Source: Mobula hypostoma
Lineage: Eukaryota
Length of the DNA stretch: 64,000 nt
NCBI RefSeq assembly: GCF_963921235.1
Contig: NC_086097.1
Coordinates: 151,158,001 to 151,222,000, forward strand
Direction: 5' to 3'
The notes under the pieces were generated by a model, which was not told the origin of the DNA, did no database searches, and worked only from the letters and a program-made list of their open reading frames with translations. This document shows, piece by piece, positions 12,801-25,980 of this stretch. Numbering within the stretch: the first letter of the stretch is position 1; every line of letters begins with the position of its first letter. Made by a program: the position numbers and the translations under genes.

Positions 12801-13794
12801 TGTAAAAGCACATCATGATCCCACACACAGCATTCTCAAACAACTGAATGAAGGTTCAGCTACTATTTGTCCACATCTGCACTTTTCTTCTACCTATCCA
12901 GACTATTTAATTCCAACTTGCTCTTGATGAACTTTCTGCAGAGGTCACAGCCTTCTTATCAGCTCTTCCAAACTCTTAGAAGGCTGGCTTTGACTTTGAC
13001 AGGGTTTCCAGAAATGGTGAGTATGTTCAAGCAGCAGTATTATTAGCTTCTGTTAATCTCTTTATGACTTGGTTGAACTGCCTCTGATTGACCTTTCAAC
13101 ATAAGGATAAGACTGCTCTTTACATCTCGTGGTACCTACGCTCAGAGACGTTCTGAGTTTAAAAGCTGTTTCCACCAATAATACCTGTAAGGGTCTGGAT
13201 TAGGTACCTTGCCTGCAGATCTCTGAGTACAAGTGAGCCAGAGGATAGAAGTGTCAGAATAACTTTCAGGCAGCATTGTCTGCCTATCATTGTTTCCCCA
13301 GTCTCTTTTCCCTCTAAGCATGAAGCTAATGTAATTTTGCACCTCCCTGTGATAATATATGGTGCTTAATGGAAAGTAAATAACTAAATGCAATTCCATC
13401 CAAATTTGGTGCAAACATAAGGAACCAATAGTTGGATGGGGAGGGGGAGTGAGAGGCAGGGGCATGTATGGTAGTTGCCAAGGAAACTGCAGAAATAAAA
13501 TTAGAGTCAGCAGCTCATGTTGAACAGCAAGTACTAGACAGCAGTCGTATGTAGGCCTTAGTCTGTGCCGTGATGATTATGATTCTGTAACTAACTTTAT
13601 GTTTCATTGGGCTGCATGGTCTGGAACATTCACTGATTCACAAGCAGGTAGAGAAATAGAATAATGGTTCTAAGGTGAATAAAGAGGGGCCACTTTTTGT
13701 TGTGTAATTAAAAGTCAAATTAATCCATTGCCCTCAAGTTATGGTGTGACAGAGGAAATCAACATTTGTTCATGAAGTGCAAGCTGATTTTTGA

Positions 13795-14435
13795 CCAGGA
13801 GGAAAACTGAGGTCTATGAGCCAGTCCTCATTGGGATATCTGAGGGGGATAGGGTCAGCAACTTTAAATTTCTTGTTGTTATTATTTCAGAGGCCCTCTC
13901 CTGGGCCCAGCACGCATGTGCAATTACGAAGAAAGCATGGCAGCACCTCTACTTCCTTAGGAGTTTATGAGTATTCTGTATGACATCTAAAACTTTGACA
14001 AACTTTGATAGATGTATGGCGGAGAGTATATTGACTGTCTGCATCACAACCTAGCATGGAAACACTAATACCCTTGAACAGAAAATCCTACAAAAAGTAT
14101 TGGATATGGCCCAGTCCATCCCGGGTAAAGCCCTCCCACCATTGAGCACATCTACACGAAGCATTATCACAGGAAAGCAGCATCCATCATCAATGACCCA
14201 CACCACCCAGCTCATACTCTATTCTCACTGCTGCCATCAGGAAGAAGGTACAGGAGCCTCAGGACTCAAACAACCAGGTTCAGAAACAGTTATTACCCCT
14301 CAACCATCAGGCTGCTGACCCAGAGGGGCTAACTTCACTCAACTTCACTGCAGTGTTCCCACAACCCATGTACTCGCATTCAAGGGTTCTTCATCTGATG
14401 TTTTCAATACTTATTGTTATTTATTTTTATTACTG
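13795..14435 (+). mobile_element. Rex1/Babar 3' fragment, 5' part (its 3' UTR resumes at 21826-22021)
   Basis: VSNFKFLVVIISEALSWAQH..KKAWQHLYFLRSL; same family as 38015-38561, which shows the uninterrupted 3' UTR. Confidence 0.88.
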
Positions 14436-14444
14436 TTTAATTTT

Positions 14445-14568
14445 AATTATCTCTCAGTTCAAGCTGGTAATACTGAGGTATGAGCATTGCAATGTGGGCC
14501 TAATTGTTTAACACTATTACATAGTGACTTTAGGATGATACTGGTTGTAGATATTACTATTGGGACAT
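14445..14568 (-). mobile_element. Short 3'-end fragment of an R4/Dong-like element
   Basis: Reverse complement gtcccaatagtaatatctacaaccagtatcatcctaaagtcactatgtaatagtgttaaacaattagg..accagcttgaactgagag matches 21594-21660 and 21783-21800. Confidence 0.85.
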
Positions 14569-14590
14569 TATTATTATTATTATTATTATT
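14569..14590. repeat. (TTA)n microsatellite, Dong-type target repeat
   Basis: ttattattattattattatt between two R4-like pieces. Confidence 0.95.
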
Positions 14591-14837
14591 TTAAGATGGT
14601 CGTATCTTGTATGGAACTTATATTTCCTTACCTTTTCACTTAACTTCCTTGCTCGAGTTATCCATTTTGTGCTCTATTAAACAGGCTATTTCTGATCCTA
14701 AGGTTTCAATTTTGTTTCTTAATCTCTTTTGCCATTTAGCTATTCTCAATTCATTACTCAGTTTTGAGTTTCTATTAATGAGTGCCTCTATTCTGGAGCC
14801 ATTGCACTGCATTGCTGTTAATGTTGTGAATTTTAAA

Positions 14838-17320
14838 TTTATTTAAATCTTACATCCATCCCACAACATACGGGAGTAAAAATCTTTGTGTTATGACTCC
14901 ATTGCAATGTACAGACATGTGAATTTATAAGTCTAATGGCTTGTAGAAAGAAGCTGTCCTGTAGACTGTTGGTCCTGGCTTTAACGCTGAGGTACCGCTT
15001 GCCAGATGGAAGCAGCTGAAACAGTTTCTTGTTGGAGTGACTGGTATCCCCACAATCTCCCAGGCCTTCTTATCCACCTTCTTCTGTAAATGTCCTTCGT
15101 GGCAGGAAGTTCATGTCCCCAGATGCACTAGGCTGTTCGTATCACTGTGCAGTGCCCAGCAATCAAGGTTGGTGCAGTTCAGGATGCTCTCAATGGTGCC
15201 CCTATAGAAGGACTTGAAGATTTGGGGGCTCATGCTGAACTTCTTCAGTCTCCTAAGGGGGAAGAGACGCTGTTGTGTTTTTTTTTACCACACAGACGGT
15301 CTGTACAGTCTAGGTGAGATCTTCGGTGATGTGTATACTGAGGTAATTGAAAATACTCACCATCTCAACACAGTCCCTTTGATGATGTTGATCAGGGCAA
15401 GCCTTTCTCTGTTTCTCCTGTAATCCACGATCAGCTCTTTTGATTTTTGGACATTAAGGGAAAGGGTGATTTCTTGGCACCACTGTGTTAGGGTGTTAAC
15501 CTCTGCTCTGTAGGTTGTCTTGTCACTGCTAGAAATAAGGCCGATCAATGTCGTGTCATCTGCAAATTTGATCAGCTGATTGGAGCTGTGTGTGGCAGCA
15601 CAGTCATAGGTGTAAAGGGAGTAGAGGAGGGGGCTCAGGTCACAACCCTGGGGGGCACCTGTGTTGAATGTCAGAGGGGCAGAGGTGAGGTGCTCATCCT
15701 TACCACCTGTTGGCGATCCGACAGGAAGTCTAGGATCCAGCTGCACAAGGTGTGGTGCAGGCCGAGATCTTTGAGCTTTCTGTCAAATCTGGAGGGAATT
15801 ATGGTGTTGAATGCTGAACTGTAGTCCAGAAACAGCATTCTAAAGTATGTATCCCTTTTCTCCAGGTGAATGAGGATGGTGCGTAGTGCTGTGGTTATGA
15901 TGTCATTGGTAGACCGGTTCCATCAGTAGGCATATTGTAGAGGGTTCAGTGTGGGTGGTAGCATCCTGTAGATGTAATCTTTAACCAGCCTCTCAAAGCA
16001 TTTGCTTATAATTGAGGTGAGTGCAACAGGGCGCCAATTGTTCAGGCATGCTACCTTGGTTTTCTTAGGCACAGGGACAAAGATGGATGATTTGAAACAG
16101 GAAGGCACTACATAATGGGAGAGGGAGAGATTAAAGATGTCCATAGATGCACCAGCCATCTGTTCAGCGCACACTTTGAGGACACTCTGGGATGCTATCT
16201 GGCCCTGCTGCCTTGCAGATGTTGGCATGCTGCAATGTCCTGTGTACCTCAGCCTTGGAGATGACCAAGGAGCAGGACTCCTTGGCGGCTTTCCTCAGGG
16301 GTTCAGTCTTATCAACCTCGAATTGAGCATCAAAAATATTTAGCTTGTCTGGAAGCAAGGCAGCAATGTTGGCTGTATTGTTGCGTTTCCTCTTGAAGTC
16401 CATGATGGTGTGCAGTCCTTGCGTATGCTGTGTGTGTCATTGTGGCTGAGTTGTGACTGGATTTTGTCCATGTGTTGCCATTTGGCCACCTTGATGGTTC
16501 TACGTAAATCATCATGGCAGCTCTGGAGCTCCTGTTGGTCTCTGGGGGCAAAGGCTTTATCCCTTGCACTGAGAGCAGCACACACTGAGCTGTTTATCCA
16601 AGGCTTCTGGTTTGGGTAGACCTGGACCGATTCTTGGGGAACAATGTCTTCAAAGCATTTCCGAATGAAGCTTGTGACCACTTCCACGTACTCGGTGATG
16701 TTCTCAGCTCAAAGTACCTCCCAGGTGACGCTATCAAAGTAGTCTTGTAACATTGAGTCTGATTGGTTGGACTAGCAGTGGATGATTTTCACTATGGCTA
16801 GAGAGGTCTTTAGACCTGTCCGCTCAGAACATAAAGAACCCAATGGGTTTGATGACTTGGGCTGCTATCTCCTTCGACAGCAAGGCTTCAGTAAAGCATA
16901 AGATATTACAGTGCTTTGTTTCCCTTTGGTAGGATATTCTGGTTCTCAGCTCACACAGCTTGTTGTCCAAGGATTGTACATTGGCCAGGAGGATACTAGG
17001 GAGTGGTGGCCAATTTGTGGGCCGTATAAACCTAACCAAGACGTCGGCTCTTCTTCCTTTCCTCCGATGCCACTTCTCGGTAATGCTGGCGTAGTGAATG
17101 AACCTCCTGTGGTTTACGGGAGCAGGGGGTCCCAGTGAAAGAAAGGCAGCACGATATGACTGAATGCCATCTTTCTGATGTTCAAAAGAGTCAGTTGCAC
17201 ATACCTGATGTGACTTTCAGCTTCTTGTTAGAGAAATGCAGAAAGTAGAGAGGTAAACAGAAGATTACAATGCTAATTCGAAGTACACAACACATTGCTG
17301 TACCTGGCACCATCTTGGAT
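14838..17320 (-). mobile_element. Rex1/Babar LINE spanning 5' end to 3' tail, with internal deletions
   Basis: 5' end ccaagatggtgcc at ~17317; PLPSILLANVQSLDNKL, YPNQKPWIN, WRPVALTSIISKCFERLVK, GAPQGCDLSPLLYSLYTYDC..KFADDT. Confidence 0.95.
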
Positions 17321-18106
17321 GTTTAGTATGTTATTGTCTGTAGTTCTTCAAATGTTTCAAGTTTTCCTAAATATTCTGGTAATATAAAATTGTTCAGAGT
17401 ACTAACAATATTTTTTCAAATTTTGATGACGTTTTGTTTTGTTATGTAAGGTTTTCTTGATATGTTGGGTCAGTGCCCCTGTATTCTGTTAGTGTGATGT
17501 TAAATGTTAGGATAATTTTATCTGTAAGCTCAGTTTCTTCATCAGCATTCTGTGGAGGCTCTACATCTGTGTGGTTACTCTTACCACTAGATTGTGGAGC
17601 AGTTATTGAAGAAATTCTATTTTCATAGGCGCTAAGGGGGTTGTCATCTTCATTATTTTCTTGTATAGCATTGTTGTGTACTTTAGTTTGGTTTCTTTCT
17701 AGCTCCTGTGCTACCTCATGTTTTATTTAGTTTAACATGTCTACAGGGATTAAGTTATTTATTGTTATTGCTCTACGTTTGATCTGGTATTTGTTGTGCA
17801 TTTACTTGCATGAAGGGATATTGAGCTATAAACTGTTGAGGAAGTTTGTCCCTGTATCCTATCATGTCAGTCTCAAGCTGTTACTCGATAATATACACAT
17901 ATTATGAATGTGTTTACTTCTCACGACCATTCCATGTGGTGTCGTTCTTATCTTAGCTGTTTGATGATCTGAGGCATAAATGGACTACTCCCCTGAGACA
18001 CACCTGCGGCAGTCACAGACTGTGGTATCGGTCCACTGATCTGAGTGCTGGCTATATCTTTTTTGAAGTTTCTTAGTACCTGCCCTCCTATTCAGCAGTG
18101 CACCAC

Positions 18107-18334
18107 CTCTCGTATCCCCTTTTGCCTATCACCTGTCCAGCTCTCGGCTCTATCCCTCCCCCTCCTGTCTTCTCCTATCATTTTGCATCTCCCCCTCCCC
18201 CTCCAGCTTTCAAATCCCTTACTCACTCTTCCTTCAGTTAGTCCTGACGAAGGGTCTCAGCCTGAAACGTCGACTGCACCTCTTCCTATAGATGCTGCTT
18301 GGCCTGCTGCGTTCACCAGCAACTTTGATGTATG
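18107..18334 (+). mobile_element. Penelope-like terminal fragment with hammerhead motif and 9-bp TSD
   Basis: Homologous to 44370-44585; flanked by gtgcaccac at 18098-18106 and 18335-18343. Confidence 0.9.
18239..18276 (+). ncRNA. Minimal type I hammerhead ribozyme motif (PLE-associated)
   Basis: tagtc-CTGACGA-agggtctcagcct-GAAAC-GTC-gactg: stem I tagtc/gactg, stem II, palindromic ACGT stem III. Confidence 0.75.
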
Positions 18335-18741
18335 GTGCACCACTAGCGGTTTGCTTACTGTCATGCCCTACACTAGTGTGGGACTTACCTTGGCAATCCC
18401 CAGGCAGCGACCCTATCACCCCATTTCATAGACATCTATCCATTTCAAAACTGAAAGGGTATTGATTTTCATACTTAGAGCCAGGCTTTAGTTTCAGCCA
18501 TCCCTAATGTGGAGAACAGAGCACCACTGACTAGAGCAGACCAGAGCACAGCCCAACCTGGGTTCAGGTGTGCCTGGATTTGGTTCGGGTTTTGGTCTGT
18601 GGGTAGTATTTTATTTCCCATCTTCCCTGTGTATCTGCAGGCCTTTTCCCAATCTGCCACCTGGGGACATGCCCGATGAGGAACAGAAAACCCCTCACAG
18701 GCTCATCACCAAGTGATGCATTGGGGAAAAGTATGGCAGAA

Positions 18742-21700
18742 TTGTGGAAAAGTACCAGCAGTGCTAATATTCATAATTATTGCTATAAAAATTAATTTGT
18801 CTTCATCCATACCTATTAATACTTTTCAACAAGTTTCTTAAAACTCCTGAAAAAGTGCTCAATTTTTTGACAGAAGGTAAAACATATTTCTTAACTAAAG
18901 GAGAAATCACAAATAACTCATCAAAATATCATCCTATTAGTTGTTTACAAACTATACATAAAATTGTAACATGAATCTGGCAACTAATCATCACTCACTT
19001 AGATAACCACAATATCCTCACCAAGGAGCAAAAAAGAAACCATACTGGTATGAAAGGATGTAAAGAACAACTGATAGTAGATTCTGTAATTCTAAATCAA
19101 ACAGAAATCTTTCATGTTGTTATATTGAACACCAAAATCATTTGATTCTGTCCCACACATGCAGTTCATACAAGTTCTTAGTAAATATGAACTCCACCCA
19201 ATATTTGTGAAATTCCTGCAACATCTGATTGAGCACTGGTGTACTATATTCACCCTGCCTCTTAACCAAAAAAGAATAACCACTGTAATCAAAATAAACT
19301 GAAGTATTTTTCAGGCAACGCTCTAGGCCCCCTATTGTTTTGTCTAGTTTCAAACCACTCTCTGATTGCTGAGTCCAATGAAAATAGGGTATTGAATCAG
19401 AAACAACCAAACAAATTATACTTTGACACACCTTCCATACATCAACAATTTGAAATGGTATGCTCCATCATCAGTAAAGCTAAAGCAATTAATTCAAATA
19501 GTAGAACTATTTTCCAAAGATATAAACATGAACTTTGGACTAGAAAGAAAGGTGGAATAGAGTTCACAGAATATAAAACAGAGCAGCAGGATACAATACA
19601 ACTGATGGATGAATATGAAGCATTTAAGCATTTGGACTATCAACAAGCAGAGGAAATACTGTAGATCATAGTGGGATAACAGGAAAACTTTTGACAGAAT
19701 TTACTTCAAGGCTTAAGAAAATCTGCCAAACAGAGCTCAATAGTAAAAATATAACAAAGGCAATAAACACTTTCACTGTTACCCATATTAATGTATACTT
19801 TTGGCATAATATCTTGGTCCAAAACTGATCTGGAAATTTACAAAAAAAAACTAAAATGTCAAATTTTAGAGAACACTATGCACAGTCCAATACACACAGA
19901 TTAACATGCCCAAGGACAGAAGGAGGAGGAGGAATAACACACATTTAAAAACTACACAACAGTCAGATAAAACTTCTAAGGGTATATTTTTGTCAATGAA
20001 AACTGGAATCAGCACTTCATGCAAGCATATGCAATTCTGATAAGAAGTACACACCACTAAACTTAAATGGGAGCACAACCCAGAAAAATGAAGAAATGAT
20101 CACTATTAAAGAAAAAGTTAACCAATGGAAGAGCATGATCCTCCTTGGAAGACATTCCCATGATCTGAGCAGACTAGATGCTTTCAAGAAAGCTTTGAAT
20201 CCCTGGCTCAGATTTGGAGACTTCTTCCCAGAAACAAAGGGCTTTCTTGTGACGATACTGGACCAGGTCGTTAACACAAAAATTATCAAAAATACATAAT
20301 AAAAGACCAAGAAATTCAAGATGATAAATGCAGAAAATTCCAAGAGAGACTAGAAACAATCCAACACATTACAGGATCCTGCAGCAATTTAACTCAACCT
20401 GATTCCTTACACAGGCACAATCAAGTGGCAAACATCATTCACCAAAATCTTGCTTTAAAATACAATCTCATAATAACACCATACCTTACAATGAATACAC
20501 ATCTGATCCAGTTTGAGAATCTGTTACGACCAATCCATTATTTCAGATAGGGCCAACCATAATAACTGACTAGATATAATATTACAGGATAAACAAGAAA
20601 GAAAACCTTGCTTAACAGATACAGCCATTCCCTACACACATGACATATTGAAATCAGGAAGTGAAAAACACTAGAAATATTCTGAATTATGCTTAAACTT
20701 CCAGTTTAAGATGTTGCTACCAAACGTGTGCAATAGCTCACTGATAGTTCAAAAGGCAAGAAATTTGACTAAAAACATTACTAATAACATCTTTTCTGAA
20801 GTAAGTTGTGGTAAATTGTCATAACAAAAAATGAAGAGGCACGTGAGGTGATGCTGGTTGGTTGCAAAATTGACCCAGATGGAATGAACCATTTGGAGAG
20901 GAGAAGTCAAGACAGAGGAGTCCTGATGCCCATATAACTGGCCTGCGTGCAAGATCGGATCGCTTTGGGCACCGAGCTGACTTGGAGAAATCCAGAGTGG
21001 CTTTGGGCTGGGTGGTGAAATCTGGGCCCAGAGCAAATCGCTGGATGGTGTGTTCTAGGCCTGGAGTTTTTCGCTGAAGTGGTGCTGGGTCCTAGTGCAA
21101 AGTACAATATGCTGTTTGGACAATTTAGGCAACATATTGGAAAGACAGGGCGTTGGATTGGAGATGAGAAATGATTTTGCTCACCGCCCACCCCCCACGA
21201 CGTTCACTCCTCTCTCCATGGTGTTGATTCTATGAAGACTGCCCCCAGCTGCTGTGCTTCATGCCCGTGAACATGAGGGACTGATACGGAGGCTTGGACT
21301 ACTCCGGGCTGCTCTGGGGTTCGGCTCTAGGACTAATTTTGGTTCAGAATGTTATTGCTTGCTTCTATTGTTTGCATGATTTGTGCTTTTTTTTATTCCC
21401 CCTTTCTCTGACTTTGGGTGTTGGTCTTCATTTTTTAAAATTGGATTATTTCGAGTTTCTTACTTTCTGGCTGCTCAAAAGTAAATGAATGTCAAGGTTG
21501 GGTAATTTATACAATCTTTGATAATAAATGTACTTTGAACTTTGAATAAAAGAGGAAATTGAATGACTATGGAACATGAGTAGGGTATACATTGTCCCCA
21601 TAGTAATATCTACAACTGGTATCATCCCAAAGACACTACATAATAGTATGAAACAATTAGGGCTACACAGCAATATCTATGTAAAGCTCCAGAAAGCCAC

Positions 21701-21825
21701 AATATAAACAAAACTAGAATACTCCAAAAGTTCCGACCAATTGACAAATGACTGTGTTTGGCTATTCCTGTACCTCAGGCTTTACCAGCTTGAGCAGAGA
21801 AGAAAAAATAACAATAATAATAATT
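18742..21825 (+). mobile_element. 3' half of an R4/Dong-like element (RT, CCHC, RLE endonuclease, (TAA)n tail), decayed and interrupted at 20690-21545
   Basis: WKSTSSANIHNYCYKK, YHPISCLQTIHK, KGCKEQLIVDS, PETKGFLVTILDQVVNT, CRKFQERLETIQHITGSC..HRHNQVANIIH, LDIILQD..TDTAIP, IVPIVISTTGIIPK; tail aataacaataataataat. Confidence 0.9.
20690..21545 (+). mobile_element. Non-coding non-autonomous retroposon with LINE-like 5' end and Rex-type 3' tail
   Basis: Starts acttccagtttaagatgttg (decayed cttccgg..aagatggcg), ends ataataaatgtactttgaactttgaa, and splits the R4 reading KYSEL|KEEIE. Confidence 0.75.
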
Positions 21826-22021
21826 TGTTTTCTTACTTTTTGCATTTGCAGTTTGTTATCCTTTACACACTGGCTGTCCACTCTGTTGGTGCAGTCTTTC
21901 ACTGATTCTGTTATGGCTATTTGATTTATTGAGTATGCCTGCAAGAAAATGAATTTCAGGGTTGTATATGGTGACATAAATGAACTTTGACAATAAATTT
22001 ACTTTGAAGTTTGAACTTTGA
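21826..22021 (+). mobile_element. Remainder of the Rex 3' UTR begun at 13795-14435
   Basis: ttttgcatttgcagtttgttatc..tcagggttgtatatggtgac..actttgaagtttgaactttg aligns with 38350-38561. Confidence 0.85.
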
Positions 22022-22242
22022 TAATGACAAAGAGCATTTTAGAGAATTGTTACTCAGTTCATTCCACCTTCATACATTACTTAAAAGACATATTTCAATA
22101 TAGTTATGACAGACTGGTCTGAACATGGACCGAGACGTCGACCTGTAATGATATAAATGACAGCAATTTCCATGCTATAGATTTTTGTGATTTGTAGAAA
22201 GTAAAATTTAACATTGGAATATGTACATCCTAAATGACCTCT

Positions 22243-22415
22243 GACGAGCAGCCAATCCAGGCATCAGAAGCTTGGAGAGGAGGGGTCTTCAATCAGGTCT
22301 GCTATCCAAGGATAAAAGGCAGGAGCAGGTTGTGGCAGAGAAACAGAGCTTTGACGAGCAACCAATCAGAAGTTTGGAGAGGAGGGGACTGACTGAGGAT
22401 AAAAGGCAGGAGAGG
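22243..22415 (+). repeat. Two imperfect tandem units in the CR1 5' UTR
   Basis: gacgagcagccaatc..agaagcttggagaggagggg..aggataaaaggcaggag repeated as gacgagcaaccaatcagaagtttggagaggagggg..aggataaaaggcaggag. Confidence 0.85.
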
Positions 22416-25400
22416 GTCAAGGCAGCATAATTGAACATGGCAGTGACCAATCGGCTTTTGGGATTGATCAGTAGGAGCAAATTAAAGGAAAGCAGGGGGC
22501 AAGAGCAGCAGCTGTGGTCTGAGAGTATGGAGTCAGAGTGGTGATCTTAAGGCTTTAGCTCTTCAAGGCTTCAGTGAAGAGAGTCTTCAGTCAGAGAAAG
22601 CAAAGGAAAGAAAAGCTCAAGTTTTTCCTTCTCTTCTTTATATCTGCTCAGGTGGGACAGTAGGGATGACAGGCAGGATAGTGAAATACTCCTCTTGTGG
22701 AATGTGGGAAGGTAGGGAGACTTCCAGTGTCCCTGACGACTACAACAGCAAGAAGTGCATCCAGCCACAAATTCTAATAAACTGCATTAAGGAGTTGGAG
22801 CTTGAACTGGTTGAACTCTGGATCATTCAGGAGGCGGAAGGAGTGATAGATAGGACATATAGAGAGGTAATTACACCCAAAGTGCAGGATACAGGAAACT
22901 GAGTGACAGTCAGGCAGGAGAAAGGGATTAAGGAGCCAGTGCAGAGTACCCCTGTGGCCATCCCCCTCAACGACAGGTATATCACTTTGGATACTATTGG
23001 GAGTGGGGTTGACCTAACAGAGGAAAGTCAAAGTTTTTGGGTCTCTGGCTCTGCGACTCAGAAGGGAAGCGGGGAGAAGAGGCACACAATGGTGATAGGA
23101 GACTCATTAGTTAGGGGAACTTTCAGGAGATTCTCTGGGCAAGAACGAGAATCCCAGATGGTATGTTGCTTCCTGGGTGCCAGGGTCCAGGATATCTTGG
23201 ATTGAGTCCTCAGTATTCTTAAGTGGGAGGATAAACAACTAGAAGTCATGGTCCATGTAGGTAGCATTGATATGGGTAGGAAGAATGCCGAGATTCTGCA
23301 TGGAGAGTTCAGGGAGTTAGGTGCTAAGTTAAAGGGTCGGACCTCCAGGGTTGTAACTCAGGATTGCTAATCATGCCACATGCTAGTGAGGCCAGAACTA
23401 GGAAGATTATACAGTTTAATATGTGGCTAAGGAGTTAGTGTAGGAGGGAGGGCATAAGATTTTTGGATCACTGGGCCTTCTTCCAGAGAAGGTGGGGCCT
23501 GTACAGAAGGGGCATTGGCACCTGAACTAGAGGGGTACTAATACCCTAGTGGTAAGCTTTGTTAATGCTACACGGTGGGGTTTATACTAGAGTTGCAGAG
23601 GGATGGGAACCAGAGTGCCAAACAAGTACTGGAGAGGTTGTAGAGGCAGATGTTGGTAAGACCTCGGACAAAGTTAGAAATTAAAAGGTTGAGCATCATT
23701 AGAAATAGTTGACGTAGGACTGGAAGGTGTTGAATCATTGTGGAAAGAGCTAAGGAACTGCAAGGATAAAAAGACTCTGATGGGAGTTGTTTACAGATCC
23801 CCAAACAGTAGTAAGGATGTGGCTTACAAATTACAATGGGAGATAGATAATGATTGCCAAAAGGGTAATGTTTCAATAGTCATGGGGGAATTCAATATGA
23901 AGGTAAAATCAGGTTGGTGCTGGATTACAGGAGGGGGAATTTCTAGAGTGTCTACAAGGTGGCTTTTTAAAGCAGCTCGTAGTTGAGCTCACTAGAGGAT
24001 CAGCTATTCTGGATTGGGTGTTGTGCAATGAACCAGAATTGATTCGAGAGCTGAAGGTAGGGGTAGGTGATCATACTATGATCGAATTCACCCTGGAATT
24101 TGAGAAGGAGAAGCTAAAGTCACATGTATCAGTATCAGGAGAAGCTAAACTCAGATGTATGAGTAAAGGGAATTGCAGAGGCATGAGAGAGGAATTGTCC
24201 AGAATTGATTGGAAAAGAACGTTGGCAGGCATGAAGGCAGAGCAGCAATAGCTGGAAATTCTGGAAGAAATTTGGAAGGCACAGGATATAACCCATGCCA
24301 AAGAGAAAGAAATATTCTAAAGGCAAGATGACACAACCAAGACTAACAACAGAAGTCAAAACCAAAATAAAAGCCAAAGAGAGGGCATATAACAGAGCAA
24401 AAATTAGTGAGAAGTTAAGGATTGGAAGCTTTTAAAAATCAACAGAACACAACTAAAAAAGTCATTAAGAAGGTAAAGATGAAATGAGAAAGTAAGCAAG
24501 CCAATAATATTAAAGAGGATACCAAAAGTTTCTTTAAATACATAAAGTGTAAAAGACAGGTGAGAGTGGCTATTGGATCATTGGAAAATGATGCTGGAGA
24601 GGCAGTAATGGGGGACAAGGAAATGGCAGATGAACTGAATAAGTGTTTTACATTATTCTTCCCTGTTAAAGACACTAGTAGTATGGTGGAAGTTCCAGGT
24701 GTCAAGGGGCATAAAGTGTGTGAAGTTACCATAACTAGTGAGAAGGCTCTTGGGAAACTTAAAGCCTGAAGATAGATAAATTATTTAGACTAGATGGTGT
24801 AAACCCCTCTGAAAGTGGTGGCTGAAGAGATTGTAGAGGAATTAGTCATGATCTTTGAAGAATCACTAGATTCTGGAATGGTTTCAGAAGACCAGAAAAT
24901 TGCAAATGTCACTCCACTCTTGAAAAATGGACAGAGGCAGAAGAGAGGAAACTATAAACCAGTTAGTTTGTCCACAGTGGTTGGGAAGATGTTGGAGTCG
25001 ATTGTTAAGGTTGAGGTCTCAAGGTACTTGGAAGCACATGGTAAAGTAGGCTGTAATCAGCATAGTTTCCTCAAAGGAAGATCTTGCCTAACAAGTCTGT
25101 TGGAATTCTTTGAAGATGTTACAAGCAGGATAGACAAAGAAGAATCAGTTGATGTTGTGTACTCAGATTTTCAGAAGGCCTTTGACAAGGTACCACACAT
25201 GAGGCTGCTTAACAAGCTATGAGCACATGGTATTACAGGAAAGATTCTAGTATGGATAAAGCAGTGGCTGATTGGCAGGAGGCAAAGAGTGGGAATCAAG
25301 GGGAGCCTTTTCTGACTGACTGCATGTGAGTACTGGTGTTCCACAGGGGTCTGTGTTGGGTAAAATTCTTTTTTACGTTTTATGTTAATGATTTAGATGA

Positions 25401-25980
25401 TTGAACTGATGGCTTTGTTCAAAGTTTGCTGATGATATGAAGATAGGTAGAGGGGCAGGTATTTTTGAGAAAGTGGAGAGGCTACAGAAGGACTTAGACA
25501 GATTAGGGGATTGGGCAAAGAAATGGCAGATGGAATACAGTGTCAGGAAGTGTATGGTCATGCACTTCGGTAGAAGAAATGAAAGGGTTGACTATTTTCT
25601 AAATGGAGTGAAAATACAAAAAGCTGAGACACAAAGGAACTTGGGAATCCTCATGCAGGATTCCTTAAAGATTAATTTGCACATTGAGTCTGTGGTGAGG
25701 AAGGTAAATGGAGAGTTAGCATTCTTTTCAAGAGGACTAGTATATAAAAACAAGGATGTAATGTTGAGACTTTATAAAGCACAGGTGAGGCCTCACCTAG
25801 AGTATTGTGAGCAGGTTTGGGCTCCTTATCTTAGAAAACGTGTGCTAAAACTGGAGAAAGTTCAGAGGAGGTTCATGAAAATAATTCCAGGTTTGAACAG
25901 CTTGTTATATGAAGAGTGTTTGATTGTTCTGGGCCTGTGTGCACTAAAATTCAGAAGAATGAAGGGTAACTTCATTAAAG

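Larger units (their letters stand above)
14591..18740 (-). mobile_element. 5' half (5' UTR and N-terminal ORF) of an R4/Dong-like RLE non-LTR element, interrupted by a Rex LINE and a PLE fragment
   Basis: Decayed minus-strand reading GSLPGDCQGKSHTSVGHDS (~18400), HMEWS*EVNTFIICVYYRVT..ETDMIGYRDKL..QYP..QVNAQQIPDQ (~17780-17950), EYRGTDP..EELQTI (~17335-17500) and KWQR.LRNKIETLGSEIACL (~14680-14740). These match the R4-clade N-terminal pattern as I recall it. Confidence 0.75.

Noticed and set aside
18443..18740. HDV-like ribozyme at the R4 5' end
   Set aside because: Such ribozymes are known for some R2/R4 elements, but I could not fold a nested double pseudoknot by eye; a covariance-model search is needed.
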